From Dimorphilus gyrociliatus (lineage: Eukaryota; Animalia; Annelida), in assembly GCA_904063045.1 (NCBI GenBank), contig CAJFCJ010000012.1:2413180-2477179 (forward strand): a stretch of 64,000 nucleotides of DNA, written 5' to 3'. The notes under the pieces are model-generated. The model was not told the DNA's origin, searched no databases, and was given only the letters and a program-made list of their open reading frames with translations. This document shows positions 38,301 to 50,823 of the stretch, piece by piece; position 1 is the first letter of the stretch, and the number at the start of each line of letters is the position of its first letter. Made by a program: the position numbers and the translations under genes.

Positions 38301-38327
38301 ACCTGCTAATGCTAGAAATACTTTCAT
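32308..38327 (-). CDS. Array gene A: giant Cys-rich CxxC/furin-like repeat protein with C-terminal Ly6-like domain and GPI signal, about 1,746 aa, intact
   Basis: Ten exons: 38327-38153, 38057-37947, 37849-37739, 37672-36929, 36791-36681, 36589-33731, 33667-33557, 33488-33063, 32976-32743, 32666-32308. These total 5,241 nt by hand count and all introns are phase 1. Signal peptide MKVFLALAGFLLAVAYVQS; the last exon has C..C...CEKCCVGDKCN plus a hydrophobic tail. Confidence 0.9.
35274..35711 (-). repeat. Near-perfect 219-bp (73 aa) x2 internal coding tandem repeat in gene A
   Basis: AGGGGCTGTGCA at 35481 and 35700, a period of 219. CTAPCDDCEPNDKAKCKPTGCPTGHGYKALDQ... is repeated with only a few substitutions. 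Confidence 0.92.
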
Positions 38328-38443
38328 GTTTTCGTTTTCTTCAACTTCTTATAAGTTTCTCTTCAAATGTGTATATTGTAAATAGGAAACTTTAATGTGA
38401 ATCTCTTCGTTCGAGTTGCTTGAAAGTGTAATGGATTGTTGCC

Positions 38444-38451
38444 TTTATATA
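38444..38451 (-). promoter_or_regulatory. TATA box (TATATAAA) of gene A
   Basis: About 120 nt upstream of the ATG, at the same relative position as the TATA boxes of B and D. Confidence 0.6.
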
Positions 38452-39676
38452 TACATAGCTTTTCAGTTTAGTTTTAGCAACCGCTAAGGAAAATATTTAT
38501 GAAGTAATATGTAAAAATATTCAAATCAGTTAATATTAAGGGTGAAAGACAGTGTAACCCATTTTTCTGTTTTTTAAGCAATACAACCAATGGCAACTTT
38601 CAAAGTCTAAGAATATTATTTATATTATGCTAGGCAACTATTTATTAACATATCAGCGTTTCGTGTTTCAACTTGAAAAGAAGAATAGAAGAGATTTTCT
38701 CTATTGAACATTTAATACCAAAATAGACTTTTTTTTGGGTTTAATAGGCTATTTTTTCATTTATTCTTTAATTCATTCATTCATTCATTCATTCATTCAT
38801 GCATTCATTGGGTTCATTATATGAAATTCAACCTTGTGAAAGTACTATTCGTTTCCGAAGGTAAAACATACTTCAACGAAGAGTCGAGGAAACTTTCTAT
38901 CTGAAACTTTTTGAAGAGCTTCCTTTGAAGAAACTTTGTCAAGTAAACTACTTGTTTGAATAGATGAGAACAAAATATTTATTAATTAGTCAAAAAGTAG
39001 GATAATAATAATAATCATTTATTTGATTTAATTGAGTCAAATTACTATTCATTAAATGTTTAAAGTATTAAATATTAAGAAATTAATTTATTCATCTTTA
39101 AAGAAAATAGCAAAGACTACGATTTTTGCTTTTAATTTATGCGGAAGTCTAAATTAAAGATTTTGGCTTGTTCTATTTCTTTATTATTCATTAATCTTTT
39201 TTTCTTCTTCTTCTTCTTCTCTCTCTCTCTCTCTTTCTATTCTTACAATTAATAGGTTTTGAGAAATTTCGAAGGGTTTAGTAAAAATTAATCATAAATG
39301 ATCGATTCGAAATAATCCTTAATACAAACAGAAGAAGTTGCATTTGTAAAGAAAGGCTTGGCAACAAAAGGCTTTTGTTAATACAATATTTAGAAATGGC
39401 TTCTTCTTTTCTTAAACCAAGGATTAGTTGGACATTAGCCTTATAGAGTTGAAATTGTATTTTTGGACATTTTCTTAATACTAGTTCATAATGAATTGTA
39501 AATGATGCTCTAAATAGTTTGAATTATCTGAACGATAGAATGAAATAAATATAATGTTTCATTACAATTAAAAATGATAGTTTTAAATATAAAGTCTATA
39601 TTCAATTCAACACAAGAGTCATAAAGTAGTTTACAATTGAATAATAACGGTCTTTTTACTTTGATTTTTAAGTTTT

Positions 39677-42639
39677 TCACGTTTGAACAAGTTCTATTAC
39701 TTCTTCTTGTTCTTTTTCTTGATCTTCTATTAATATAGATTTCGTTGGGCTGTAGCAATAATCCCTTCTGTATTTGTGACCTCCACAGCCATGACAATAA
39801 ACAAACAGTTTTGCTAGAATATTCTTCCAGCTAAGGGTGAGCAATATCGAAAATAAACATAGCATTACTAAAGCACTAATACAACCCATTGCAACAGATA
39901 TAAAGATCATTAGCGAAAATCTTCTCAAGGCGTGAATATCTGTACAATACGATATAAGGCTTGTGCCAATAGACGTTAAGGCTGCAAGACAAACAGCCAT
40001 ACCGATCCTATCCACAGTAGCCTGAACTCTGTAGAAAGGTTGATCGGTTAAATTCGATGTATCGAGTTTAGCTTGTAGAACTGAAATATGCAATATAAAG
40101 TCAACACTTAAACCGGCTCCCAAAGCCAGACAGACTGTATCGCTAACGCCTATCTTCCAGTTCATTAGGGCCAGAACAGATATAGTAATTAGAACGGAAG
40201 AAGCCAAACTTGTAATAGATATAACAGAAATACATAGTTTTCTGGTAGATAAGATTAATACTATCGCTGTACCTGAAAGGGCAATTGCCAAAGACGAGCC
40301 CACACCTGTTAAGAGTGTTCTCTGAAGGTCGAACAATTCGAACTTTGACCAAAAAAAACCGTATCTTAACTTTCCTTTTTTGGAATTTTTAACCCAAAAC
40401 GCTTGCACCTTACGATAGAATTGCGCAATTTCGTTATAAGCAGGTGTAAAGTCTTGATTCGTGATGAAACTATAAGAAAATATCGACGATGAGTAATTAT
40501 CTCCATGAGCAAAATTTCCTAATTGATGTCCTAATAGTTTGTTTTCTATTAAAAAATTTAATTGTCTTTCATAGCAATTCTCAAAGAATTTATAGCCATT
40601 CAATAATTTCCAGTTACAACAATCTGGAGAAAAGGTTAAAGGTAATCTTGAACATTCTCTCGAACCATATTTGAGTAGTGTATCGATTAAACAAGGATAA
40701 TTTGTAATATTAAATTCTTTTCTTAAACTGTAACAGAATAATTGTAAATCTCTAACAGTTTCAGGATTAAACACGTCAATTCTCTTATCAACTTTTCCAG
40801 AGATCTTATCAAGAGGTTTCAGGAAAGGATAGCTCTTTACATCCTCAACAATTCCCCAAACGAAAGCGAGAGGCATTTTATACGTATCTACTTTGCCACG
40901 AAGATCTTGATATTTTTCGAGAAGATTATTTTCAGAGAATAAAAGTTGTCTCTTCCTATCCGATAGTTTTAATGGTCTACCCCATAATAGAATATAGCAT
41001 GACCCAATTCCACACATCAAATACAGTCCTATCCATATATACCTGAACTTGAAGATTAACTTAGAGACAAGTTGCGCAATCTTCTCAGATAACTTGACAA
41101 GTTCTACCTTTAATTTATAACGACAAATAGCCTTAATACTGTCGGGAGTTAGTCTATATTTAATGGGTTTAATGTATATTTGATGGATGCAAAGAGTCAT
41201 AGGTGTCCATGTCAAAGCGAGTAAAAGGTTGAATAAGAGTCCAAAAGTTGTCATTGTTCCAAACGCGTGAATAGCCGGAATTTTTGTTGTTAGTGTAGAA
41301 CCAGTGAAGGGAAGAGATTAAGAGAGAGAAAAAGGAAATTTATCATTATATTTAATTGGTAGGTCTCTTCCATTCACTAATAAATACCTAAAATGGCTAT
41401 ACAAGTTGAAAATGTTGAAGTTTGCAAAGATACTATTGAAAAGCGTAAGGCATCTCTAATAGCTAATTGTAAATTTAAGTCTGGTTCTGTTCTCTTCCAT
41501 GCTGCTAGTATAATGAAGACATCATCAACTCCAACTGCTAGGTGAATAACTATAGATACCAGATTAACAAATGGGAAAAATCTTATCGAAAAGACAATGC
41601 TATAGGTGAATATAGAGAAAATGATGCTCATTAATAGTAAGAGACCAGTTGATAAGGTAATTGTTATCGATTTACTATTAAAGTATACTAGTAAAGATAT
41701 GAAAATTCCACCCAGTATAGTTATCCTGGTGATAGTTTCGTTTAATCTAACGAAGAATAGATGACGATAAGTGTCAAGGCTATATTCGGTATCAAGTCTT
41801 ACTCCAGCTATCGCTATATCTTTCGTATTAATAGAATGAAATATAGAAAAATGATCTATGTACCAATTTGTTGTCTCTTCCATTGTAAAAGTTGGTTGTT
41901 TACTTGAAAATATATAAGTATATGTAGAATTATGAAGAACGAATTTGTAAGATTCCTCAACATTTTGAAATAATTGATTAGATTGAATATTCTTTAATTG
42001 TTCTTTATCTAAATTACAACAAGATTGATTGAGAAATGATGAAACTATTACGGATATCGATGTGTAATCTTTCTTAAATAATCTCTTCCCAAATTTCTCT
42101 ATTGAACATAATATCTCCCTATCTTCTAAAGATTTCCTCTTTAATTCCAATAGAATAAATGGTCTTGAATTATGAGGATTAACTAACAACGCAATAGCGG
42201 GGCAAAAAAAGAATAAAGACATTATTCATAGTAGTTAAGTAGTTAAGTACATGTATATACTTACAGTCTGATAATCCACTTCTCGGTATACGTCGTTTAA
42301 AAATATTATATTTCACTCTAATATCATTCATTAATAGTCTAAACTTGGATAATTCTGTTCCTTGGGCGATAAATCCCTAGTTAAATTATTTAGATATGTG
42401 TTTTTATATATGCAATAGTTGTTATGTAATAGTTAATTAACAGTCTCACATCTTCCGGTGGCGATACTTTAGGGAAATTGTACAGAATTATGAATAGAAA
42501 GAGTAAACTAAGAGAAAATATAATGCCGCAAAATTTTGTACTATTATTACAAATGAAACTGGAATAACTGTAATAATACTATTATTATATTCAATATATG
42601 ATTAAAAAAAGAGGAAGAGTACCTGTTCAAGATATACAT
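39677..42639 (-). CDS. DISP: Divergent Dispatched-family (RND/sterol-sensing domain) membrane protein, about 888 aa; exons 42639-42623, 42567-42450, 42376-42265, 42182-41388, 41301-39677
   Basis: YSSFI...TM1...PEDGFIAQGT, SSD motif FFPFVNLVSIVIHLAVGVDDVF, LLFSENNLLEKY, and TM10 GAGLSVDFILH. The acidic TM4/TM10 residues are retained. The last intron lacks an AG acceptor (see findings). The start exon is tentative. Confidence 0.78.
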
Positions 42640-43389
42640 TCCAAATCTATACAATTCTTTATTAACCTAAAAGAATGAAGGAGAAACGTATGAATGTTCA
42701 AGTTTATTGGCTTTTCTGTATTTTATATTATAAATATTGTTATTTTTCTTATAAAACTAATTGGTAATAAGATATTTAGAAAATATTCAAATTATTAGCT
42801 AAATATTCTTATTACACAATAAGAATAAAGAGGGAAAAAATGATATATCGCTTATAGAAGAGATATAAGAAAAAACTGCAACTAAGCCAGTTTGTTGGTA
42901 AATCCTTTCAATTTATATTTAGCGTTGACTATAAATAAATATTTATACTCTGTTCAAACATTGTTAAAAAAGTTTTCCAATTCAACAGTGACGAACTAGT
43001 AGTGACACCTGAAATAATCAGATATTCAACGCGATTTATAGCTATTCATATATTTAATACTAGAATAGTAATATAAATATTTCTATTGATTTATATATAA
43101 ATAGCATAAGTACTTCTATATACGAATGCAATATATGAATAGCATTTGTTCCTTCAGTTTACAACCTATTCCCTTAATTCATCTTTCCTTGTCAAATTTA
43201 ACCATATATGTTACAGCATAGGAGTAACAAAGAGCATATAATAACTATATAATAGTAGATAGACTGCGGATTATTAAGTTCTCTTTGTATTAATTATAAT
43301 TATTTACTGAAAAAGGTAATACATATCTTTAAAGCTTTCACAAAATATAAATTAACTTTTCTCGTTAGCTGAATTGTTCATAGGATATC

Positions 43390-46300
43390 TTAGGCCGTCA
43401 AAGCAGCAACCACAGCTGATAGAATTAGCGAAACATTAATAAATATTGCCGCAGCTCCCGCGTCACCATCGTTAAAGAAGATGTTACATTTATCTCCAAC
43501 ACAACATTTTTCACAAACCGTTGTACCATCCGATGTTTTCTGACAGTGTTCCTCCTTTGTTGAACTACTACATGTCACGTTTTTACATTCTCTTGTAAAT
43601 GTTGTTACACCTTCCTTTTCTAATCTGGCAACCCAACAGGCACCTCCTTTCCCGCATTCTTTTAATTTGATTGTATCAGTTTCATTGACAAAATTGGATT
43701 GTTCCTTTCCACAGTTTGCTTCATTTCCAGAACAAGTAAGACATTGGACTGTTCAAAATTCATGAGAAAAACCAGTCATATGAAGAATAATGGGATTGAA
43801 TATGTATATATACTTACTTGCACATTGTCTGTCATTATCGTGAAGATGATACGCGCTTGAGCATTTATCACATTTAAAGCCATGAACACAAACTCCACAA
43901 TTGGTTACTTGATTGGAACTGCACGAAATACATTCAGTTTTATTTTCAGATAAAGTGTAGCCGGATTGACATTTGAAGCAACTTGCTTTTCCAGCAGTGT
44001 CCGCTTGTGGAGAACAATCCATGCAATTAGCGAAAGCAGATGTTGAACAATCTAATAAAACCAAAATACATTGTACCTCATTTAAGTGGTTGATGACTTT
44101 TTAAGATAATAAATAATTTATAACCTTCGCAAGCTCCTGCTATAATTGAAAATCCTTTTTTACATTTGGTACATACTGATTTATCGGATGAGGTTGCTGA
44201 GCAAACATCGCAATTAGGGGGACAAAAAGTGCACTGCTTAAAGGAATCGCCGAACAAAGCATAGTACTGTCTGCATTTCGTACAAGATATTGAACCTCTA
44301 TCGATTGCACAATTTGGACAATTCTTTGGACATTCGCTACATTGTTCTGAGCTCTTTCTGTATCCTTGCATACAATTTGAGCATACAAGAACCCCTTTAT
44401 CGTCTACATCTTTACATTCTGAGCATTGATTTGGACAAGAGTAACATTTTCTATCGGATGTTTTTCTGCCATAATTACTATCACAACTGTTAACGTCACA
44501 TCCAATGACGTCATTTTCGTACGAACATTTGTTACAGTTATCAGGACAAGCTGAAATATTCATTGAAAAATTATATTCAGTAATAATTCATTCTGTTTTT
44601 TTTTCTTCAAATTTTTACCTTCACATTTTGCAGTATTAGAATTCAAAACAAATCTTCCTTTACATTTTGTACAAAGTGTACCAGTTTTATCATCGTTCAA
44701 TTTACAAGTTACGCAATTTCCTTCGCAAGCTGTAAACATCATTTTTCAAAATTATAAAAAATATACTGTTACTTATGGATTATTTGACTTACGTAGACAT
44801 TTTCCATCAGCAGTTGATGATGCGTAACCAGCAATACATGTTGCGCATGTTGTTACTCCTTTAGAATCAATGTTACAAGATGAACAAGGACTGTTACACG
44901 AAACACATTTGTTTCCAGATGTAAACAGTTTGTGTGTGCTCTTACATTCCTTACATTTTGTTTCTTTTGCAACATCATCCCAATCGCAATTTACGCAATT
45001 ACTCGGGCAAGATATACAATTCCTACTACTGTCGAAAGTGAAACCAGAAGAACATTTAGAACATCCTTGACTTCCGTCATTTTTCAAATAACATCTCATA
45101 CAAGAATCATCGCATTTTACACATGTTCCATCGTCAGATTTTGTGATATATCCATCAATGCAACCAGTTGGAAGGCAATATGTTTGTCCGTTTTTGAAAT
45201 AACACTTGTCACAGTTTGATGGACAAGCATTACAATCAAAATCTGACCAATCAAGAGCATATCCTGATGTGCATTCTACACATTTCTTTACTGCTGCATT
45301 ATCTTGAACACATTTATCACAATTACCTGGGCATTGTGTACATTCGTAACTACTGTCAGTTAAACCATAGCTACTGGCGCAATGGAATTGTAAGCATAGA
45401 GTTTCTGTATCACTTTTAGCTCGGCATTTTCCACAATTATCAGGGCATTTTAGGCAAGTCTTTTTGGTGGTAAGTTGAAGAACATGAGTGTTTTCATCAC
45501 ATTTTGTGCATTTGTCTACAACGTCGCCTTCTTTAATTGTACAAGAAAGACATCCATCTCCGCAAGAAACGCATGTTTTTTTATCAACACTTGGAGCGTA
45601 TCCCGACTTGCAAACTTGACATTCGTTTGCTGTAATGTCGTCGGGTTTTAGTGAACAAGTGTTACAGTTGTCCATGCATCCAACACATGCTGTTCTTGCA
45701 CTGTTCGTCGAAAATCCACTGTTACATTTGGAACACTCATTTACTTTTGATGCTCCTCCTCGATCAACAAGGGAACAAGTTTCACAATTTGTTTTACAAC
45801 CAACACAACTCTTTTTATCATCATCTAAGATTTTACCAGTTGGACATGAGGTACATTCGACAAGAGTTGCACCATTATGTTTGCAAGTTAGACATGAAGA
45901 AGGACATGGTTCACATTTGTTATCACCTGTATTGAAATTAGCGTCCGATGCACAACCAGAACAGAGTGGTATAAAATCTGGTTTCCATGTACATGTTTTA
46001 CAGTTATCTTCACATTTTGTGCATGTTGTTTTATCATCAGATATTAAATATCCATCATTGCATGTATCACATTTGGAGCTATCTGATGAGCAGTCTTTGC
46101 AGTTAGCCACTTGGCATGTTTTACAAGTTTTACTAGCTGTTATGAAGTTAAATCCAGCATCGCAACCAGTTGATTTACACTTCGTCTTGTCGTTAAGTTC
46201 GCAATCATTGCAATTAGCAACTGTGCAAGCTACGCAGTTGCCTGAATCGATAGCTTTTCCTTTATCGCAATCTGTGCAAGTTCCAAGAGTACCGGTAACA

Positions 46301-49300
46301 CATAATTTACAATCAGTTGCCGTGCATGGTTCACATTCTTTACTACCAGCATTATATGCAGTTCCAGCATTGCAACCAGTAGATTTACACTCCGCCTTGT
46401 TGGTTAGTACGCAATCATTGCAATTAGCAGCTGTGCAAGCTACGCAGTCGTTTCCATCGATAGCTTTTCCTTTATCGCAATCTGTGCAAGTTCCAAGAGT
46501 ACCGGTAACACATAATTTACAATCAGTTCCCGTGCATGGTTCACATTCTTTACTACCAGCATTATATGCAGTTCCAGCATTGCAACCAGTAGATTTACAC
46601 TCCGCCTTGTTGGTTAGTACGCAATCATTGCAATCAGCAGCTGTGCAAGCTACGCAGTTGCCTCCATCAATAGCTTTTCCTTTATCGCAATCTGTGCAAA
46701 CTGCAAGATCAGCGGTAACACATAATTTACAATCAGTTCCCGTGCATGGTTCACAGATTTCAGTACCAGCATTAAATGCAGTTCCAGCATTACAACCAGA
46801 AGATTTACACTTGTCCTTGTCACCTTCTTTGCAATCATTGCAATGAGCAGCTGCACAAGCTACACAAGTGGAATCACTAGCGATAAACATAAACCCAGTT
46901 GAACAGCCGGTAGTTTTGCACTTGGTCTTATCAGTTGGTTCACACTCATCACAATTTTGTACGGTGCATGGTTCACAAGTACCCGAATCTGTTGGTGTAT
47001 ATTTAGGAGCACATACACTACATTGGTCGGGATCCTTTCCTTTATAAGTACAGCTTTTGCAAGGTGAAGGACAACTGATACATTTGTTTTTCCTACTATT
47101 CACCACATAGTCATCATTACATACACTACACGTTCCATCAGAATTACATTTGTTGCAATTATCTGGACATTTGTTACATTTGAGACCATCGCTTTGAACT
47201 CCGTATCCCGATTTACATTTCGTACATTTTCCAAGTCCCGATAGATCAGTCTTCAAACTGCATTCAATACAGTTGCTATCAATACCACTACATGCTAAAC
47301 ATTCAGAGTTATCTTTATTCAAGATATATTTGTCGTTGCATTTCAAGCAACCATTTGCCCAAATTCCATCTCCAGCTTCATTCGGAACACACTTGATACA
47401 ATTTGAAATAGTATCGGCACAAGCTTTACACGTTTGTAAATCGTGTTCCAAAGTTCTGCCACTCGAACATTTCTCTTCATAGCATTTTCCATTTCCATCA
47501 CATTTGTCACAATTTCCGGTACAAGCGGTACAACTATCACCATTTTTACCATATTTCTTCATGCAAACAATACATTTTGGACTGCCATCAACAATTTTAC
47601 AATGAGCACAACCTTCTCCGCAGGCTGTAAAACAATATATTTCAATTATAAGTTTTCCTTGTTTTTTCTCTTTATTTGCTTTACAAATTGAAAATATGAA
47701 GACAAAGAAGACTTACATGAACATTGTCCACTTTCATCAACAAATCCATAGTTAACTTTGCATTCAGAAGCATAGCATCGAGAGACGCCGCTGACATCTT
47801 TACACAGTTTGCAGTTTGATGGACATCCTTTAGTTGAAAAATAACAATAATGAGAATATGTCGAATAGAAGGCATTTGAAGCTTTTATATATTGACTAAT
47901 TAATTGTTATCGTTTCATATTCATCATTTTTTCGGAGATTTATTTGCATGAAAATTGAACTAACCTAAACAAGTTTTATCAGAATCTTTGATGACGTATT
48001 TAGCCTCGCAGTTCGTACATTCGGCTCTGTTGTTCTTCCATTGACACGAGTTACAGTTGGATGGACATGCTTGACATTTTCCGTCACTATCTTTTATATA
48101 CTTGGCTTTACACAACGTACACAATGTCGATTTACCAGATAGAACGCAAGTGAGACAGTTTAATGGGCATTGCGTGCATGGTGTTGAACCAAAAGAAAGT
48201 TGAAAATACGATTGGCATTCAGTGCATGTTGTTCCATCTGGATTGTTGGAATCTTCCGTACATTTATTACAGAATTCTTTGCAGGTCATACAAGTTTTGT
48301 CAGCAGATCTAACAGTATAACCGACGATACATTCCGAACATTTGGCAACTCCATTATCATTAATGCATTTAGCGCAATTGGAAGGGCAGGATAAACATGT
48401 TCCATCACTATTTTCTACATAACGATCTCTACATTTCGAGCAAAACGTCTTCTTTGTATCTGATTTGAAAGTACATTCGAGACAAGCCGAAGGACACGGA
48501 TCGCATTTCTTTATTTCGGTATTAAGAGCAGTTCCTTTATCGCAAGATGAACAAACGAGATTATCGTTGGAATCGGCACTACAAACAGCACAATTGGAAC
48601 TGCATGAAGAGCATGATTTATCAGACTTGAGACCGTATCTTTTGAAGCACTGTGAACAGACTGTAGCTGCACCACTGACTGAACAAGTTTGGCAGAAACT
48701 GGGACATTCTGAAAAATAAATGAATATGATAAAGAAATGGAAAAGAATGTAAGATTTAAAAAAGACTTACTGATGCATTTTTTGTCATCTGTCAAAGGTG
48801 CACTATAATCGTAGCAATCGTAGCAAACTGGTTTACCATGTTTAATATTACATAATTTGCATGAATTATCTTCGGAACAGGCTGCAAGTAATTAGACTAA
48901 AAATGAAATAGTTTGACAAGAGTAAAGCGATCTGAAAATCAAAATTCTGTTTGGCTATTGCATTCGTATTTTTAGCATTATTTTTTTGGAAATTGTAAGA
49001 CATTCGGGAAAAAGTAAGTATGTAAGAGTCAGGCGAAAAAATGTGAATAGAGCTGTTTTCAATTTGACTAGTTGAAGAAATAGGTTTAAAGGGAAAAAGC
49101 TTGTATAACAAGTTTGTTTTATTGAAAGAATGTTTCAAAACGAAGTATTACTATTTTCTTAATTTTCATGAATAATGACATCATAATCTCTTAAATTGGA
49201 AACATTGCTTGAACTTTTTTTATCTACATAAATGACTTTTGTCCATGACAAAAAAGACTATCTGTTTTTTTAAAATTAGTAATGCCATACTGATTAGGTA

Positions 49301-49737
49301 TGAAAAATTTCTTCCATATTCTTTCATGAAAGATATAGACATAAGAAGAGATTCGGAATAAAAGAGAAATGTTTACCGAAGCACGTTTGAGTATCGGGAT
49401 TGACAGCATAACCAATAAAACATTCAAGGCATTTTGTAGCATCACCAGAACCACTTAAACTGCATTTCATACAGTTTGCCGTACAGTCTGAAATGACGAT
49501 AGAGAATGAATGGAAATAGAATTAATGACAGAGAAACGAGGATAAAGATAATGAAAACATACCAATGCATTTCTTCTGATTACTGGATAAAACCTGATTG
49601 GAGGCGCACATTGAACACCTTAATCCTCTATTGCTGCAACTTTCACAATTCGCTATGTCTTTACAGGCAGATGTGGTAGCGGATTGCAAGTGTTTAGCAG
49701 TAAGCCAAATTGTTATTAAAAACAGATAAAGTTTCAT
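43390..49737 (-). CDS. Array gene B: paralog of A with the same 10-exon layout, appears intact
   Basis: Signal peptide MKLYLFLITIWLTAKHLQS; large exon 47624-44793; Ly6-like last exon ends ...SAVVAALTA* at 43390. No stop or frameshift found in the exons I read. Confidence 0.88.
46228..46857 (-). repeat. 210-bp (70 aa) x3 internal coding tandem repeat in gene B
   Basis: CGTGCATGGTTCACA at 46321, 46531 and 46741, a period of 210. Two copies are near-identical and the third is more diverged. Confidence 0.92.
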
Positions 49738-49842
49738 ATTGAACTTTATTGAACTTTTACAATTGAAAAAGTGTTTATTACAACGGGAAACTTTTAAAGC
49801 TATTTTGTCTCCTCCTTTATGTCGCTTGAGGAATCTATAGCG

Positions 49843-49871
49843 AATGAATGGTGATGTCTGAAGCTTATATA
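49843..49871 (-). promoter_or_regulatory. TATA box (TATATAAG, 49871-49864) and Inr-like TCATT (49847-49843) of gene B
   Basis: Spacing of about 26 nt, with the same arrangement conserved upstream of gene D. Confidence 0.6.
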
Positions 49872-50823
49872 AGAATTTTTATCAATCTGAAACGAAAAGG
49901 CTAAATGAAAAAATTAAAGTAAAAGTGTAAATATTGAAAATATAAACAGTAATGCGAAACAATGAATTATTAATTCCATTTTGATAGTTTGAAAGAAATG
50001 AATGATTTTGTTGTTGATTTGAAGAATACAATAAATTGCCAATTTCTTAAGAACCTTTTATTAAAGAGAAAGTTTTTGTTAAGTTTTATTTTAGTTACCT
50101 AACAACGCCATTGTTTTTCATAATAAATTTGTTGTTTGAAAGAAATTTCCTGGTTTTATGCAACAAATGCAACTTTCTTTTTCTATCTGATTTAAAATCG
50201 TTTCCTTAGAGATTATCTACATATGTTCAAGTCTAATGAACATTTTTGCGAGTGATGTCTATTGCTATGTCTATTGATTGTTTTTTGTGATTTGTAATGC
50301 TATGCTTGTTTCGATAATTCTCAACATAAGGTGAAAGAATATTTTACAAACACTGATGGTATATTAATCGCTGTGGACATTACAAAAGCAGAAAATTAAA
50401 TGCTTCTTCTTTGATTTATTATGTAATCGTAGAAATATATAAATTAGGAATAAATCTTTCTTCAACACTCTAGTTATTCGTTTAAAAGGCGACAACTACC
50501 TATCATAGATAAAGTTTCGGTGCTGCTAAAAGTATCATAAAATTAGAGCAATAGCTTTTTATATCATCAAATAACAATGAAAATCACAATTGTTCAGCGA
50601 TCTTCCCTTCTATTACTTTTATTGTGTCTTCAGCAACAAATGTTACATCTTCAGATCCTGTATTTCTTACAATTGGTTTTAATGTCATTTAAATATGAGA
50701 GGTGGATAGAGAAGTATTACGAGCACATTAAAAGACTCAAAATTACCGAACACAACATAACTTAAAAACCTTCAAAAATATAAGTAGACTTATTTTCGTT
50801 ATCTGAATAGTTCATCGAAGATC

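Noticed and set aside
39510-39797. 95-aa ORF overlapping the end of the Dispatched-like gene
   Set aside because: It is an alternate frame plus AT-rich 3' UTR, with no motif.
45635-46846. 403-aa plus-strand ORF, and many similar shorter antisense or alternate-frame ORFs across 33-64 kb
   Set aside because: These are shadows of the Cys-repeat coding strand. The repeated codon pattern gives few antisense stops, the ORFs repeat with the same period, and they have no domain or splice support.
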